Shown: piece by piece, positions 40,546-53,909 of the stretch
Layout: every line of letters starts with the position of its first letter
Position numbering within the stretch: the stretch's first letter is position 1
Source: Trichosphaerium sp. ATCC 40318
Lineage: Eukaryota > Protista > Tubulinea
Direction: 5' to 3'
DNA length: 64,000 nt
Assembly: GCA_038496445.1 (NCBI GenBank)
Contig: JALMLS010000285.1
Location: forward strand, 62,001 to 126,000
Notes under the pieces: model-generated
Database searches by the model: none
Told to the model about the DNA's origin: nothing
The model's input: only the letters and a program-made list of their open reading frames with translations
Translations under genes and position numbers: made by a program

Positions 40546-43320
40546 CTAAAAAGGTTGAATATATTCGAAAAATTCTCGAAGGCCATTATAGTTTGCAGCG
40601 TGCGCCAAAGCCATAGGTGTTTTGTAAAGAGGATGTTGCTCCAACTCTTTCCACATACCTACAAACTCAATATATGCTTCTTGATCAGCACCCTTGTCAA
40701 TATCAAGCTTGCTAAACACTCTTTGTAAATCAATGGATCTTGACTTCTTGCAATGAAAGCGTATGTATACATGAACTAGAGATATTAGATCATGACAAGG
40801 CTTGCAAACAATCGGCTTGTTTTTGATTCTATGATCCAGAACATCCAAACTTGCGAACATGATAGTTCCAGAGTATTCCTTTAGTTTATCCAACTTGATA
40901 GCTGCACCCCAGTCTACGAGATGAGATTCACCTTCAAACGTCATGATATTGGAATCACTGACATCTCTAACGAAGAATATTAGTAACATAAAACGAGCTA
41001 AGAGTTGACCTACCTATGAATAAATCCAGCCTTATGTACGGCTTCTAGCGTAGTAACTAGCGAAGATAATGAAGGGCACTCATTTAGTGTCTCTATTCGC
41101 TTGCATATAGGGGTGGTTGCAAGGTAAGGAATACCATCTGGAGTCTTTCCATACTCAACCTTTATCAAACTAGTGAGTAATTGACAAGATGAACAAAATC
41201 AAAAAAGGTACGTACTAAGGTTGGCACACATGTTATCTTTAAGTCATTCAATTGCTTAATGACCTCCTTTTCGTGTATGGCAGTACTAGCATACTGCGTT
41301 TGAAATATTTTGACAGCCAATTTCTTGTCGTTTACATCTACTCGATAAACGGAGGCTGTTGCTCCGGTACCCAATTGTCTCCTTGGCGCACACGCTTTCC
41401 CTTCAATCATGAGTAAGGGGTAGCTCCATCCGAGCTCCTTTGGGGTACAACTTAGAAGATGACTAATCTTTTTGCACCCAGAAGCGTTTTTGGAGTCAAT
41501 CTTGTACTCCTTTGTAAAGTGGTATGTGTACGGTTGAGGAGCGTCTCTGCCGTGCCACACCAAGCGTATGAACATAACGGTTTTTGTGTTTGATAGTACT
41601 CCCGTTATGTGTTTTCTAGGCCTTTGTGCAGCCATGATACCGGCCAATGACGCCCTAATATAAAAATAAGCAAACAACAAAAAAAACAAGAAAAGAGTAA
41701 GACGCACATGCACTGTCCTTTGGCTGCAGAATCAAGCGGACCAATCTTAGTCTCCCAAACCATAACCACTTGCAACAGGTCTGGTTTCTTCGTGTCTATG
41801 CGTTCAACATTAGCAGTGAAGATGAGATCAGGTCTCTGCTTTTTAATGATGCCATAGCCATCGTACATCATGGCATCATGAGAGTTGATGACCTGAAACA
41901 GTGTTAATTGTTTTGGTCAAAACTGTTTTCTTTGTACCTTAAGAAATGGGCTTCCAGCTTTCTTGAGGAGCTTGTAAGTGTAAATCTTTAGAATATGCTC
42001 TTCATCTATTTTACGCTTATCACGTTGCTCGAGTGCTGCCAGCCCCTCCTCTTTTTCGATTTGAAGTTCGAGGTTAAGATCATTCGAGTTTTTATTGATG
42101 TAATCAAACATAGCAATCAGATCAGCAGGTTCGACCTTAGCCCAAAAGGAACTACAATTTTGCTTGTATTTGTTATCATTAAAGCAGTTTGAATAACCTA
42201 GAAGACAAATAAGAAAAAAAAGAAGAAAAAAAAGAGAATGGCGTACAAATAATCGAAACACCTGGTAATGCCATAAATCTATGAAATTGTAGCTCCCCTT
42301 TAATATCAGCTACGTCTCCTACTACTTTTTCAACCTTGGCAGTAGTTTCTTGTTTGTCTTTTTCCATTTCAGCCACACTTTTTTCCAACTTCGCTATCGC
42401 TTTTTTGTCTTCTTTCATGGTTTCCATCATTTGCGTTGTCATCTGTTTGTTTTGTTCTATTGCTTCTTGCATCTTTTTCAATACTTCAGCTTTGACTTCA
42501 ACTTGTTTTTTTAAGGACGTGTTGAGAGTGTCTTCCGTCTCGGCTTTTGAAGCCGTAGCGCGCTTTGGAGAACCAGAGTTTGCTTTAGTCTTAGGTCTTT
42601 TTGCACTAGATTGCGTGGATGGAGTTACACCTTTGCGCTTTACAGAAGCAAAGGCACTTTCTACACAATTATCAGATTTCTGATAAAAACAAAAAAAATT
42701 GCAACATCTTGGGGACATACTGTTGGGTGGAACGACGGGATATCGTAAGCAGAGTATACGCCAAACCCATGAAGACTTTGTTGAGAGGTTGTCCAAGAAG
42801 CCTAGACGAGAGGCAAGTTTCTTTAAAGCGGATACAGTCTGTTTAAGCAATGCCTCTAAACAAAGAATGAGTGACAGCTATAATGTAGCACTTGAACGCT
42901 TTTAGGCTGAAATGGAGCTAACAAACCAATGGCGCTCTTGTGACAACTTTTAAACCAACAAGAACGAAAAAAAACGGTTAAAACGAAGAAGGCAATAAAG
43001 AACGCGTAGGGTACTAAGAACACGGGAAGAGAAGCGAAAACAACTCATATAAAACGTTTTGAAGGTTGGACACAACAAAATACCACAATAGTGGTAAAAA
43101 ACGCGTTTTACTGTATGTTTGGGCGTATTTACGTACTTGTTTCATCAAAGTCGAAGATATGTTGTACTATCGTTGGCACGTCTCCCTCAAACTTCATAGA
43201 GGACCCAAGGCTTGTAATACAGTCAGGATTGGACATACTCAAAGCTTTGAGGTGCTCCAAAAACCTTTGGCGGGACGCCTTCTCTCGCCAGCTTAAATCT
43301 CCCTCTTCATCATTGTCCAT
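40546..43320 (-). CDS. REase-fold + FunK1-like protein kinase (Crinkler/RHS-type architecture) with N-terminal HeH-like and coiled-coil segments
   Basis: RPDLIF..VMVWETK..AKGQ..ITGVLSN (PD-ExK); kinase LGTGATASVY, AVK, HRDVSDSNIM, LVDWG, YSGTIMFAS, HDLISL; N-terminal LLKQTVSALKKLASRLG. Confidence 0.75.
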
Positions 43321-44047
43321 TACTTCCCAATCGCTGCTATTGCACACCAGTTGGTAGATAAAAACGGAAACTTAACGTTGAGCTTTATTGTCATTCTTTT
43401 TTCTTTGTTGGCTCTACATGCTGCTGTACACGTTTAAGACTAAGGAGTGGCGACTTGGCGTACAATGTCAACAGTTAGCGGGGAATCAGCCGCCGGAGAC
43501 AATTCCACACTGCACTAATTTGGTTTTCGGTATTCGTTTTATTTTGTCTGACATTATAAAGTCGTGACCAATCGGTCAAGCTATGATATGGATGTTGTTG
43601 GTAGGAGAATGGATGATAGGATCTACCTTATTGTCTTAGTGATATTGAGATACATGAAGTAGTTGGGGATGTTGTTAAACAAAGAAAAGAGGAGTGGCTG
43701 AGGTGTGGCTTCGGAAATAATTTTTTACGAGTGTTCTTGTACATTTTGGTTTTATCAAACTGTTGGCAGTATTTTTTGTAATTTTTGATGCCGGTTGTTT
43801 CTTGCTTTTTTATTGAGTATCTAACAAAGCAAAACTAGCGTTACATAATGTTTGAAAACTACAAAATTCGAATAGGGTACCTCGCTTAATAATTAACATT
43901 GATCAAGATGGGCTTGTAAACAAGCCAAGGAACTACAATATGATCATATTTAAACCAACAATTCGTGCACTACGTAAGGTCACGTGACCCGAGTTCATGT
44001 CGGGTACGCGCTTATCAACAATAATTGTTTCAAACCCGACAAAGCAC

Positions 44048-45662
44048 ATGATGGCCAACAATATGATCATACTTGCTACTGTAGTATACACACTGGTTTT
44101 CTCTTGTTGTGGTGCGTTTTTTATCCACAGCGATCACTACTTTTTTTTAATGGTGCTCCTCTTGCTTACTTACAAACTTTAAAGCGATAACTACAAGTTC
44201 TTTTGACTTTGAAGACACCTATGTTATTATTGGAGGATTTAATAATTATGCTACAGAACCTGGCTTGCGATTTAGTGCTAACAAGATTGCATTGCTAAAG
44301 TTCGACATATTTGAAAGAGATGGTAAATCAAAAACTATTTCTGATTTTTTCTCGCAATGTCACTGACCAATGTTTAGGTGGGCCAATTCCAGATGGTGTT
44401 GAAATAACAGAAGCTACTTTGAGTCTACATGTAAGAAAGGGAGGATCTAATGGACTAATTTACGAAGCCGGCGCTTTTTGGGAGCCATCAACTGTAACTG
44501 GAAGAAATATTAGTACGTGTTAGCTCTGTTTGTAAAAAAACCTAAAACAAAACTGGTAGATGATTCTATTTTGAATCCAAGCACACCTTTAGTGGCGACA
44601 ATGCCATCTGTGGTTTCCAATGTACGAAATGAGTACTTTGAAATGACCGTTACATGTATGTCTTAGAGACCAAAACTGTATTTTCTTGACTAATACTTCC
44701 ACTTAAAGCCTCACTTAAAAAGCGGTTGAATGGGCAAATACAAAACAATGGATGGTCAATATTTGGAGACAGCGCTACTGAAGGTACTTCTTTATTACAT
44801 GAGATAGTAGTTAATAAAAATAGTTGCATTTGACAGCAATGAAACCCCCACAGCAAACCGCCCAGTGCTCACTGTAGACTGGGCAGTGCCAATCCCAACA
44901 GAACCACCTACTACAACTTCACCTACCAATGAGCCAGGTAAATAATCTACTATCAATACGAAAGAGTAACGTATTCTTTTTTAATGCGTAGAGGCATGTG
45001 AATCTACATTGCTCATGCTTGACGATCTAAAATGTATTGATGGTCATTGGGTGACAAATGTTCCTTTTATTGATGGAACAGTAATCGATGTTGATTTGGT
45101 TTTTGGAAATAACGTGACATTTGGTCCAAACTTGTCCCTTCAACAAGGTGTAACATTGACTGTTGAAGGATGTATAAGACTTTCAGGGAATATCAAGATT
45201 GTGTCAGAATCTTATAACGGATTCAATACAACTTCGATTTTGTACGAATGCAGTGAAGGATCACTTGATGACGTACAAGGACAATCACCAACATGCAGCA
45301 CAATTAAACTGCGTACTACCTTTACCAGTACAGCTCTGTTGTTCGAAAAGTCTCACGAAAAGAGCTGTTATCAAGGGATGGATACAACTGGCTTACCTAC
45401 ATGGAGCATAGTTCTCATTGCCTTGGTTGTATTGATCATACCAGTAAGTTGCTTAGCGAAGTTTACAATTCTGTGTTCTCCTTTGTTCTAACAAGTTTGA
45501 GTGTAGCTGACAATAGCTGTTGCAGTATTTTGGTACAAAAAGTACACATTGAATCAACAATTAAACACTATAAAGCATGTTAGAGGTGCAGAAATAATTG
45601 AGAAAGATACAACAAGAGAAGAAAAGAGCACTGATTATGAACCAATTGACGTGGGCAGTTGA
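44048..45662 (+). CDS. Type I membrane protein with DNRLRE/CBM96-like domain
   Basis: Signal peptide; EDTYV..NNY..ALLKFDI..IPDGVEITEATLSLHV..WEPSTVT..WLNG..NNGW..SNE..PVLTV; Pro/Thr linker; beta-rich stalk; TM. Confidence 0.7.
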
Positions 45663-45948
45663 GAACTTTTCTTTGATTAAAAGTTCGTTTAAGGATTGTT
45701 GTAAGTTAAACTGCTCACGCATTTGAACCAGCAAACTATGTAGTGTACTATTGACATCATTGAAACGACTTTTTGTACATAATAATCTTCATTGTGAACA
45801 ATGAGTTGCGCTCAGTAAATGACCTCTTTTTTAATTAAGGCAACTGCCTGCTTATTGGGGTGTTACTCGAACCATAAGCTAATATTGGCCGTCAACAAGG
45901 TTCAAACATCTCATCAATTCTAGCACTTACTGCCTCTGAACAAGGCCA

Positions 45949-48430
45949 ATGATCACTTCCATTCTTCCGTATTCAGTATTACTCATTTGTTTTGTATCCG
46001 CAACCCTTGGAATTTGCGTTCCATACGTCGTGAATGTAACAGGATCATCCAATAGGTACGGTACAGAGTGTTATTGATAAATTAGCAAATACCTTGTTGT
46101 TGCGAGGGTCTGCCGACATTCATCTCGTAATCGAATCCTAACTAATCTGTAAGGTGCGATACCATTGTGGGAAGCGATACGCTGGTGTACCGTACTGGAA
46201 ATAATACTCAAGTGAGTATACAAGCGTAAGTACTGGTTTTTAATTAGTAAGTGCAGAATTAAAGGTGAGAGTTGACTCACTCTTGAGCGCCATTATAATT
46301 CATGAACGAGAAAATACTACAAAAAACCACGCGAAAACTTAAGTGTAACTAAATCACGTGATTTTTTTGCTCTTGCACACAACAAACAGTTCCTGTTTAT
46401 GGATTAATACTAATTCATACCAGTGATATTGAACTTGCATTACTTGGAATAGATGCTCTAGATTCCGTTGGGGGATCTAGTTGCAAGTCTTTTGTTGTTC
46501 GCTATGCTTGCCAATCAGAATTTAAACGTTGTGATGATTCGTATGAGGCCGGATTTGAGTTACCTTGTGTTGAAACTTGTCAAAATATTGCCATTCACTG
46601 TGAACCATTCTTGGCGTTTACATCCTTAGAACTACCAGATTGTTCAAATGAAACTCTTGTATCGAGCAATTGTAACACAACACACTTAGACAACACCACA
46701 GGTATCAATCTATTTAAATCAGAACAAACTTCTCATTTGTTAGCGACCAGCACTCTCGAGTGTCCTTCTAGATTATTCAGAGACGTCAAAAGCACATCCA
46801 TCACACCCTGTACTACTAAACGAAACATCATTTGATGTATAACAAATCGCTAGATGAGGCACCATGTTGGGCTTGTCCAGTTCCAGCGTATACAGGTATA
46901 GCGCTCCACTGTGGTTATTTTTGACATGCTCCAGATTCTGCGACAAGGGTCGTCAAGTATTTCTCTGTTGCAGTTGGTATTTGTGGAATGCTGGCATCAT
47001 CATTTTGCTTCTTAGTGTTCATAGGAAGTAAACAGTACGCAGCATGAAACGAAAAAAGCTCTGAATCTTAATGAACACAGGTTCCGAGCTTTTCAAACAC
47101 AATACTTTAGCATCCTGTCTGCTGACTCTTTCATCACTGGATTATGCGTTTTTGTGACTGCTGTCGCGCAAGAATTCTTTACATGCGAGAGCAAAGCACG
47201 TTTAGCTCAATCATGGCACGTGCCGTGCACCATCCAAGGTACTCTACTTACGCTTGTTTTCTCCTAACTCTTTTGTTGCTAGGGGTTATATTTTTGTTTG
47301 CTGCTAATCAATTGGTATTCTGCTGGCTTTTGATGGCTTTCAACAGTGCTTATATTACACTAAGAGGCATCAAACTTGTCAGTGGTCGATATCCACGCAA
47401 GTACAAAATTGTATGATCTCGTCCTTGATTTTTGTTTCACGGATTAGTGTATTCTCTGATGTTCCAGTTTTAGATTGTTTACAGCGTATTGTGGGGAGCA
47501 CCTACAATTATGACTTGTGCGTGTTTGTTTGGTGGACTTATACGTGGAGTACCAGGATTTACATTTTGCTTCAGTAAGTCATACTTAATTTGATGGCATT
47601 GTGCTGACTTTCTTGAGTTACTGTACATTACAGATGGGCACAATGGGTATTCTTTTTTGGCACTATTGTACCTTATTCTATTATTGGCATCGGTAGTTTT
47701 TTATACTTGATATACCACTTGTACAAAACACAACAAAAGGTATCAAGTAGTATCAAGTGAACAGTATGAATAACCAACTTACCACAACAATAGGCTACTT
47801 CTGCAAAAGATACTAAACGTAGGCGAACCCGTAATCTTGTGCTTGTGCACGTGCTACTATATTGGTTGGTCATGATGTACATCTTACTGTACACTTTCTT
47901 TGCTGTTTTTCTTTGGAGTGTAGAGCTTACTTTACTCTATAGGTATAGAGTCTATGTAGAAACTACACTCTTGAATGTTGGAAATAGATACACACAATGC
48001 TTTCAAACTGCAAAAGATATTGACGAGTGCTTTCAAATCAACACTTTGAATGTGCCTGCAACGCTTATTTTCATATTCTGTATTGGAGGTAATATGTGAC
48101 TGTTTGGACGTTTTCTTTACTACCATTAAGTGTAATTGACTAACATTAAAAAGGCAATGGCATTGTCATGTTCATTGCATTCATGTGTATGCAGTACGTA
48201 GAAAAAAACTTACTTTAAATGCATGTAGCAGAGAGCTGTACTAACTTGCTCATAGTTCTTTTCGACGGTTAGTGGCACATTATTTCTCAATAGTGTGGCC
48301 TTACACAACAATCGAGAAGAAGGAATTATCTAAAGAAGGAACATCTGCAATGACGACATCAACTGATGGGCGAGAACTTGCAGAAAAAAATACCCAAATG
48401 CCTACTGATACTGAAATGCCAACTTCTTAG
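45949..48430 (+). CDS. Frizzled/Smoothened-like 7TM receptor (FSL family)
   Basis: Signal peptide then ICVPY; Cys-rich domain CKSFVVRYACQSEFKRC..LPCVETCQNIAIHC; CP linker; several TM helices with GFTFCF. Confidence 0.75.
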
Positions 48431-49177
48431 TTATAAGATAACAAGAAGGTCTGTTAAGATAGTAATAAATGCTTACTCCTACTTAAACGCCAACAGCCTG
48501 AAAAAGGACCTGACAGTAATCGTAGTGCACGTGACTTTTTTGAAAAGTGCACATTTTGCTAAAACGTTTATGTGGTAATTAAACGATCACAAGTCACAAG
48601 TATGTTACGCGTACTTCTTGTGACTTTGGTTGTAGTAACTTACATTAAAAACCAGCGAAATAGAAAGCAAAAAAAACTTGCTTCTTCGCCATTGCACTTA
48701 AGGACTTCTCCAAAACAAATGGTTTTCAATTTTGTAGATTGATAGCAAAGTAGAACAGCAATGAAATACACAGAGTCGCTAGGGTAGAGTGCAAAGAGTG
48801 GCTTAAAAATGGTAAATTGTACAAGCACTACAATGTAGAAGTGATTAAAAGACTGGACAAACTATAGCTGCTTAGCCTCAGTGTATGTCAGGTAATTGAG
48901 ACCCACATCAACACCCATTAAACACAGGTACTTTTGATTAAAAAAAAGCCTGCAGCTAGTTGTACTTTGCCAAAAAAGGACTGCACGTGTGTTTCTCAAA
49001 AGAACTTATTTCATGAAGCTAAAGTAGAAAGCAAAAGGCTGACCTCAATGGTTGCAAAAGTTGCCTTGCCTCACAAGGCGAATATAATACTTTACACAAA
49101 ACAGACTCTAAGTGTCATTCAACAGAAACAGCGTTAAGTTACTTGTGCTTCAGTTATAAAACGTTATTCCACGCCCA

Positions 49178-50468
49178 ATGACCTCTAAAGGCAGGAAATC
49201 GCCTCAAAAACGTAAGAGTAAGAAACAATTAGTTACAGATGAGAAATACGATGCCATGGTTATTGAGGAAGACGCCGTAAGACAGCGTGAGGAAGCTAAT
49301 ACGTTTGAAGCAAGGCCAAATACGGTTGATCAGTTCGAAAAACTATTATTTACAAATAGTAACTCCAGTTACGTGTGGATGCGGTATGTAGCGTATTTTG
49401 TGGCTCAACAGAACGTGGAACAAGCGAGGAATATTATTCGAAGGTCTTTGAAGGTTCGTACGCCTAAATACGCGTAATAGGCTACTTTCATGGTGTATTC
49501 TCAATTTCGTACGCTAAATTTCCCATAAGAAAATAGCAATGGAGCTAGACGACGAAAAACATAACATGTGGGTCTGTTTTCTCAACTTAGAACTACAATT
49601 TGGAACAGAAGACGACTTACAGGCCGCATATTTACAAGCTTTACGCTATGCAGACAGAAAACGCATTACATTAGATCTAATCCGCATTTATATACGCGCT
49701 GATATGGTAAAGGTACGCGTACAACAATTAATCGTTGTTTCATGGCGGAATAACGTCATTTCATGGTTTTTTGAATCTTTTTTTTTTTTTTTTGACACTT
49801 CCTTAGGAAGCAATCAAACATTATAAAGAACTGTTAAAACATGTCAGAAAGGATTTTGACATCTGGAAGTTTTATGGGGAATTTTTATTTAAACAAAAGC
49901 GTACAGTACAAGCCCGAGATGTACTAACGAATGCACTGCGAGCTATACCTGTGCTGAAAAGTTAGTGAACATTGTAATGATTTTTTATTTATGGTTTTTA
50001 TTTGTAGAAAATGAAATGAAGGTGTTTTGGGCACGTATGGAGTATAAATATGGTGATAAAGAGCGTGGTCGCAGTATGTTTGAAGATATGATATCAGCAC
50101 AACCATCAAGGTTAGATGTATGGTCTTGTTTTATTGATCAAGAGCAAGCAAATGATCCTGCATACACAAGGTACGAAACTGTTTCTTATTTTTTTCGAGT
50201 TTTCTTGCAATTTAAACGACAACCAAACCGTTTGATTTTTATTACCGTGTTAAATCGCCTTTAAATTCACAATTAACAATATTCTAGGATTCTTTTTGAT
50301 CGATGCCTGAGCATGCGTATGTCAATGAAGAAAATGAAATTTATTTTCAAAAAGAACCTGGCTTTTGAGAAGCAACATGGCACTGAAAAATCAATGACAC
50401 GTGTAAAACAACGTGCTAGAGATTATGTAGAATCTAGAGTAAACCAGGAGAGAAATTACGATGAGTAA
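49178..50468 (+). CDS. RRP5: Rrp5/PDCD11 C-terminal HAT/TPR module without S1 domains
   Basis: FEKLL..NSSYVWMRY, EKHNMWVCFLNLE, EYKYGDKERGRSMFE, RLDVWS, KKMKFYFKK..FEKQHG, VKQRARDYV match the Rrp5 C-terminus. Confidence 0.85.
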
Positions 50469-50729
50469 TATCTAACATGTAAATAACAATTGAAAAAATA
50501 AAGAAACAAGTAAAAATGAATCAAGTTTCACGCCTTAGTGGTATCATTTGGCGTACTGTACGCCAAAAAAATTAAACTACACAGTGCTGTATGAATTACG
50601 AGCATTCTAGTAAACAAGAACGAAATGACAGAACTACAGCTTGTTTGATGAAAATGGCAATCTTTTTTTTTTTTTTTTCAACATGATACACGCTCATGCC
50701 ATTGCGCTTACCCTTTTGGATCTCAAAAA

Positions 50730-51326
50730 TTAGTTGAGCATTTTTCCTTTGAAGGCTACTTCCCACTCTTGGTAATCTTCTTCTGTAACAACGGGCAAGG
50801 AGAACGCAAGTGGATCCATACCAAGGGACTCAATTGCGTCAAGATCGTCCTAGCAGAGATGTCATTTATGACGTGCAAACAATAAAATCGTCTAGGCTCG
50901 TTGTAGGTTTGCTCGTACCTTGAGGGAAGCGTGTACTTGTTCTGGTTTGAAGCCATAATGACTCCAGTGGTATTTGATTTCGTATAATACTGGTGTGAAG
51001 ATAATTGATGCTATTTGCTTGGCTAACTTCATATCTTGGCCCCATGATCGTACTGCTTTGCATAAAGTGAGGGAAAGCTTTAAAGCTGTATTTTTGACAT
51101 CAATCCCTGTTGTAGGTAGCGGTCTAACGATTTTTTCTAATTCAACAGCCACAGCTTCAATTTTTTGTTTTTCTGGCGCTTTATCTTTTAAAACTTCATT
51201 TGTAGCCACTACAAGTATTTCCTTCAAAAATCTTTCTAGTTCGTTTACATTTACAGCTTTTTTCTTGTTGTTATTGTTGTTTGATCGGTTGTTCTTGCCT
51301 TTGCGCTTGTTACGACGTCTACTCAT
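50730..51326 (-). CDS. Hypothetical protein
   Basis: 144-aa ORF with a basic N-terminus; one GT-AG intron extends it to TAA near 50730; no known motif. Confidence 0.55.
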
Positions 51327-51420
51327 AGTGATGCAGAGATGGTCTTTTTTGTACTTGGCTTAATTGACCAGCTTAAAGACTGCCAGAAGTGTCACAATTT
51401 AACGCCAATGCGCCAACAAC

Positions 51421-52346
51421 ATGTCTTTTTTAGTTAATTGGTTTTGGGATTTATTGTACGGGCTTGGAGTATTTCAAAAGGAAGCCACAATACTTCTCTT
51501 AGGTACCATTTACCTCACGTTAACGCAAAAGCGTATTTAAAGTTTGAAACACTAATATGTAATTTGTAGGCTTGGATAACGCCGGAAAAACGACTCTACT
51601 GTATCCTTTCGTATTTTAATGGCGTCACAACAGCATTTTTCGTTAACCTGCAACGTCACAAACTAAAGTCTGGTAAAATACGCCTTTTTATACCAACACA
51701 GCGTGCGCAAGTGGAAAAAGTGACAGTTGGTAATGTAACATTTCATGCTTGGGATTTAGGAGGTCGCCTAAAATTGATCTTATGCCACCTCACATTAACG
51801 TAGGACATGAAACAGTGCGTAATATATGGCAAGATTACTACCCAGAAGCAGATGCCATTGTATTTGTAGTTGATAGGTGAGAATTTAATATTTCTGTCAT
51901 TTTTGTTGTATTTCTGACAATGTAGCTAGCGCTGATCCTTCTCGCATGGCCGAAGCTAAAAAAGTACGTATACATAGTCTCATTGTTGCTCTTATATAAG
52001 TCGTAGGAAATTTTTTATTTACTGGATGATGGTACGTTTGATTTATTGAACCTTTAAACACGTGCCTAAAAGTGGAGTTATCCAGAACACCTAGCAGAAT
52101 GTATCTTTTTGGTTCTAGCCAATAAATCAGATAAAAGAACTGCTATGTCTCGCTTACAGGTAATCGCTTCATTGGGATTAGAAGATTTCGAGCTTGGCGA
52201 TTCTCCTGGAGCTCAAGATGATATTGAAGTACTACAATCAAGCTTTCGTTTTGGGTTTACTCTAAGCACTTTAGGTGTTTCCTTGCTCACTGATAGACGG
52301 AACAGGATACCTTGATGCCTTTCGCTGGCTCAGTAAAAACCTGTAA
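51421..52346 (+). CDS. Sar1-related small GTPase (SarB-like)
   Basis: MSFLVNWFWDLLYGLG..LLLGLDNAGKTTLL, WDLGGH, VLANKSD, GY..AFRWL; effector loop FIPTQRAQ differs from canonical Sar1 PTLHPT. Confidence 0.85.
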
Positions 52347-52514
52347 CTGGAACAAGGTTATCTATTTTTTCGCCCGTCAAGGTTACCTCCAATTAAATGT
52401 ATAGTATCACTTACGAAGTAAATTTTTTTCTGGAAGTACTTAGTACTTAGTTCAATAATTACCTTACTTAGCGTTGACACATTTCCTAAAACATCTAACA
52501 CCCATAAAAACGCC

Positions 52515-53445
52515 ATGGTACTTCGTGTTTTTGCAGCTACGGCATTATTTTGCAAGTTTATGGGCAAGAAACCAAAAACGATTCCTCTCTTCCTTCTATC
52601 CTTTGGAGGCCTTGTAGGTATTTCATATTACTTCCTACTGCTGTACATCGATCCGCTTTGTCGAGCACATACGTACGAAAACAGTTTTGCGCTAGTTCAT
52701 ACCTTTTTAATGCTATTGCGTTACCGAATAAACAATCGAATTCCTTTTTGTGTTTAACCCTCATTTAGTAAATGCCAACATCTTGCATACTCTGTCACTG
52801 CAAATGTGGGTATTTATATCTGGTTCGCTATAAACATGATTTTAATTCTAGTATCATGGTATGTGTCACCTTTTCGCCGACATTCTGACCTTAAACTTTT
52901 TTTTCGCTTATGACGTTTAGGAAAACGAGTGCACCAAAATGTAAGCTATTCACCTTGTGTTTATTTTATACCATAAGAAAGACTTTACTTTTTTTATTCA
53001 ATTTGTGAATTAACCTTGTCTTGCTGTAGTTATACGTGTAATGCTTTATGCTGTTCAATACCTCCTACTTGCTGTGTCCATTGGAGTATTTGGCGTATCT
53101 GGTAGCTTCGCAAGGTATTGCTTTGAGAATACAAAATGTTTGAGGAAAAGGTATGACGTTAACGTCAAATGTCAAAATGTTGACACATTTTGTTTTAGTT
53201 TAGGTCTATTTTGCTTAGGTGAAGCGTCATGGGGTATATTTACAATAACATTACTTATCGTTACAGCATTCTTGCTTCACCACAAAGGACCAGTTGAGCG
53301 ATTTTTGAAAGGAACACCTAGAGTTGCACCAAATGGACCAAATATTATCACTACGCATAAATTCTCTCACCCGGATATTGCTAGTGATGAAGAGACAGAT
53401 ATTGAAGGAGAACTGGGTATTAGCGTTGCTCTTCAAGAGATATAA
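52515..53445 (+). CDS. Multi-pass membrane protein of unknown function
   Basis: Several hydrophobic segments across spliced exons and an acidic tail; true start may lie upstream. Confidence 0.5.
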
Positions 53446-53909
53446 GAAATTACTAAATAAGTAAAACAACGAAGAGCTCTGTAGCAATAAAGTACTTAGT
53501 TTTAATCGCGCAATAATATTTACGATTTGTTGGCTGTTAGCAAGCCACAGGCAACCTCAATGTGTTCTATCACCCTACACAGCTAAGCACTAGTGTTTGA
53601 ACGATTTAGTTTGGATGTGCGGTTATGAAATTGAAACGTACTCAACTACATCCTAGAGCGACGAGCAATTAATATAAACACTACGCAGTATACTACCTTT
53701 TTTGTAAAAAGCGAATAAAAACAAATATTGCTATTAGTTGCACGCGTTTCCGAAACGAGTTACGCGAGAGGTGTTTAATGACGCAACCCGAAACTAAAGA
53801 GGTTAAGGCTTGACTTACTAAAAAACGACTTTAATCTCAATAAGACATCACACCTTTTCTATAGTCATAGTTTTGCGCTTGGCACTACTCTCACTACTTG
53901 CCAAATAAA

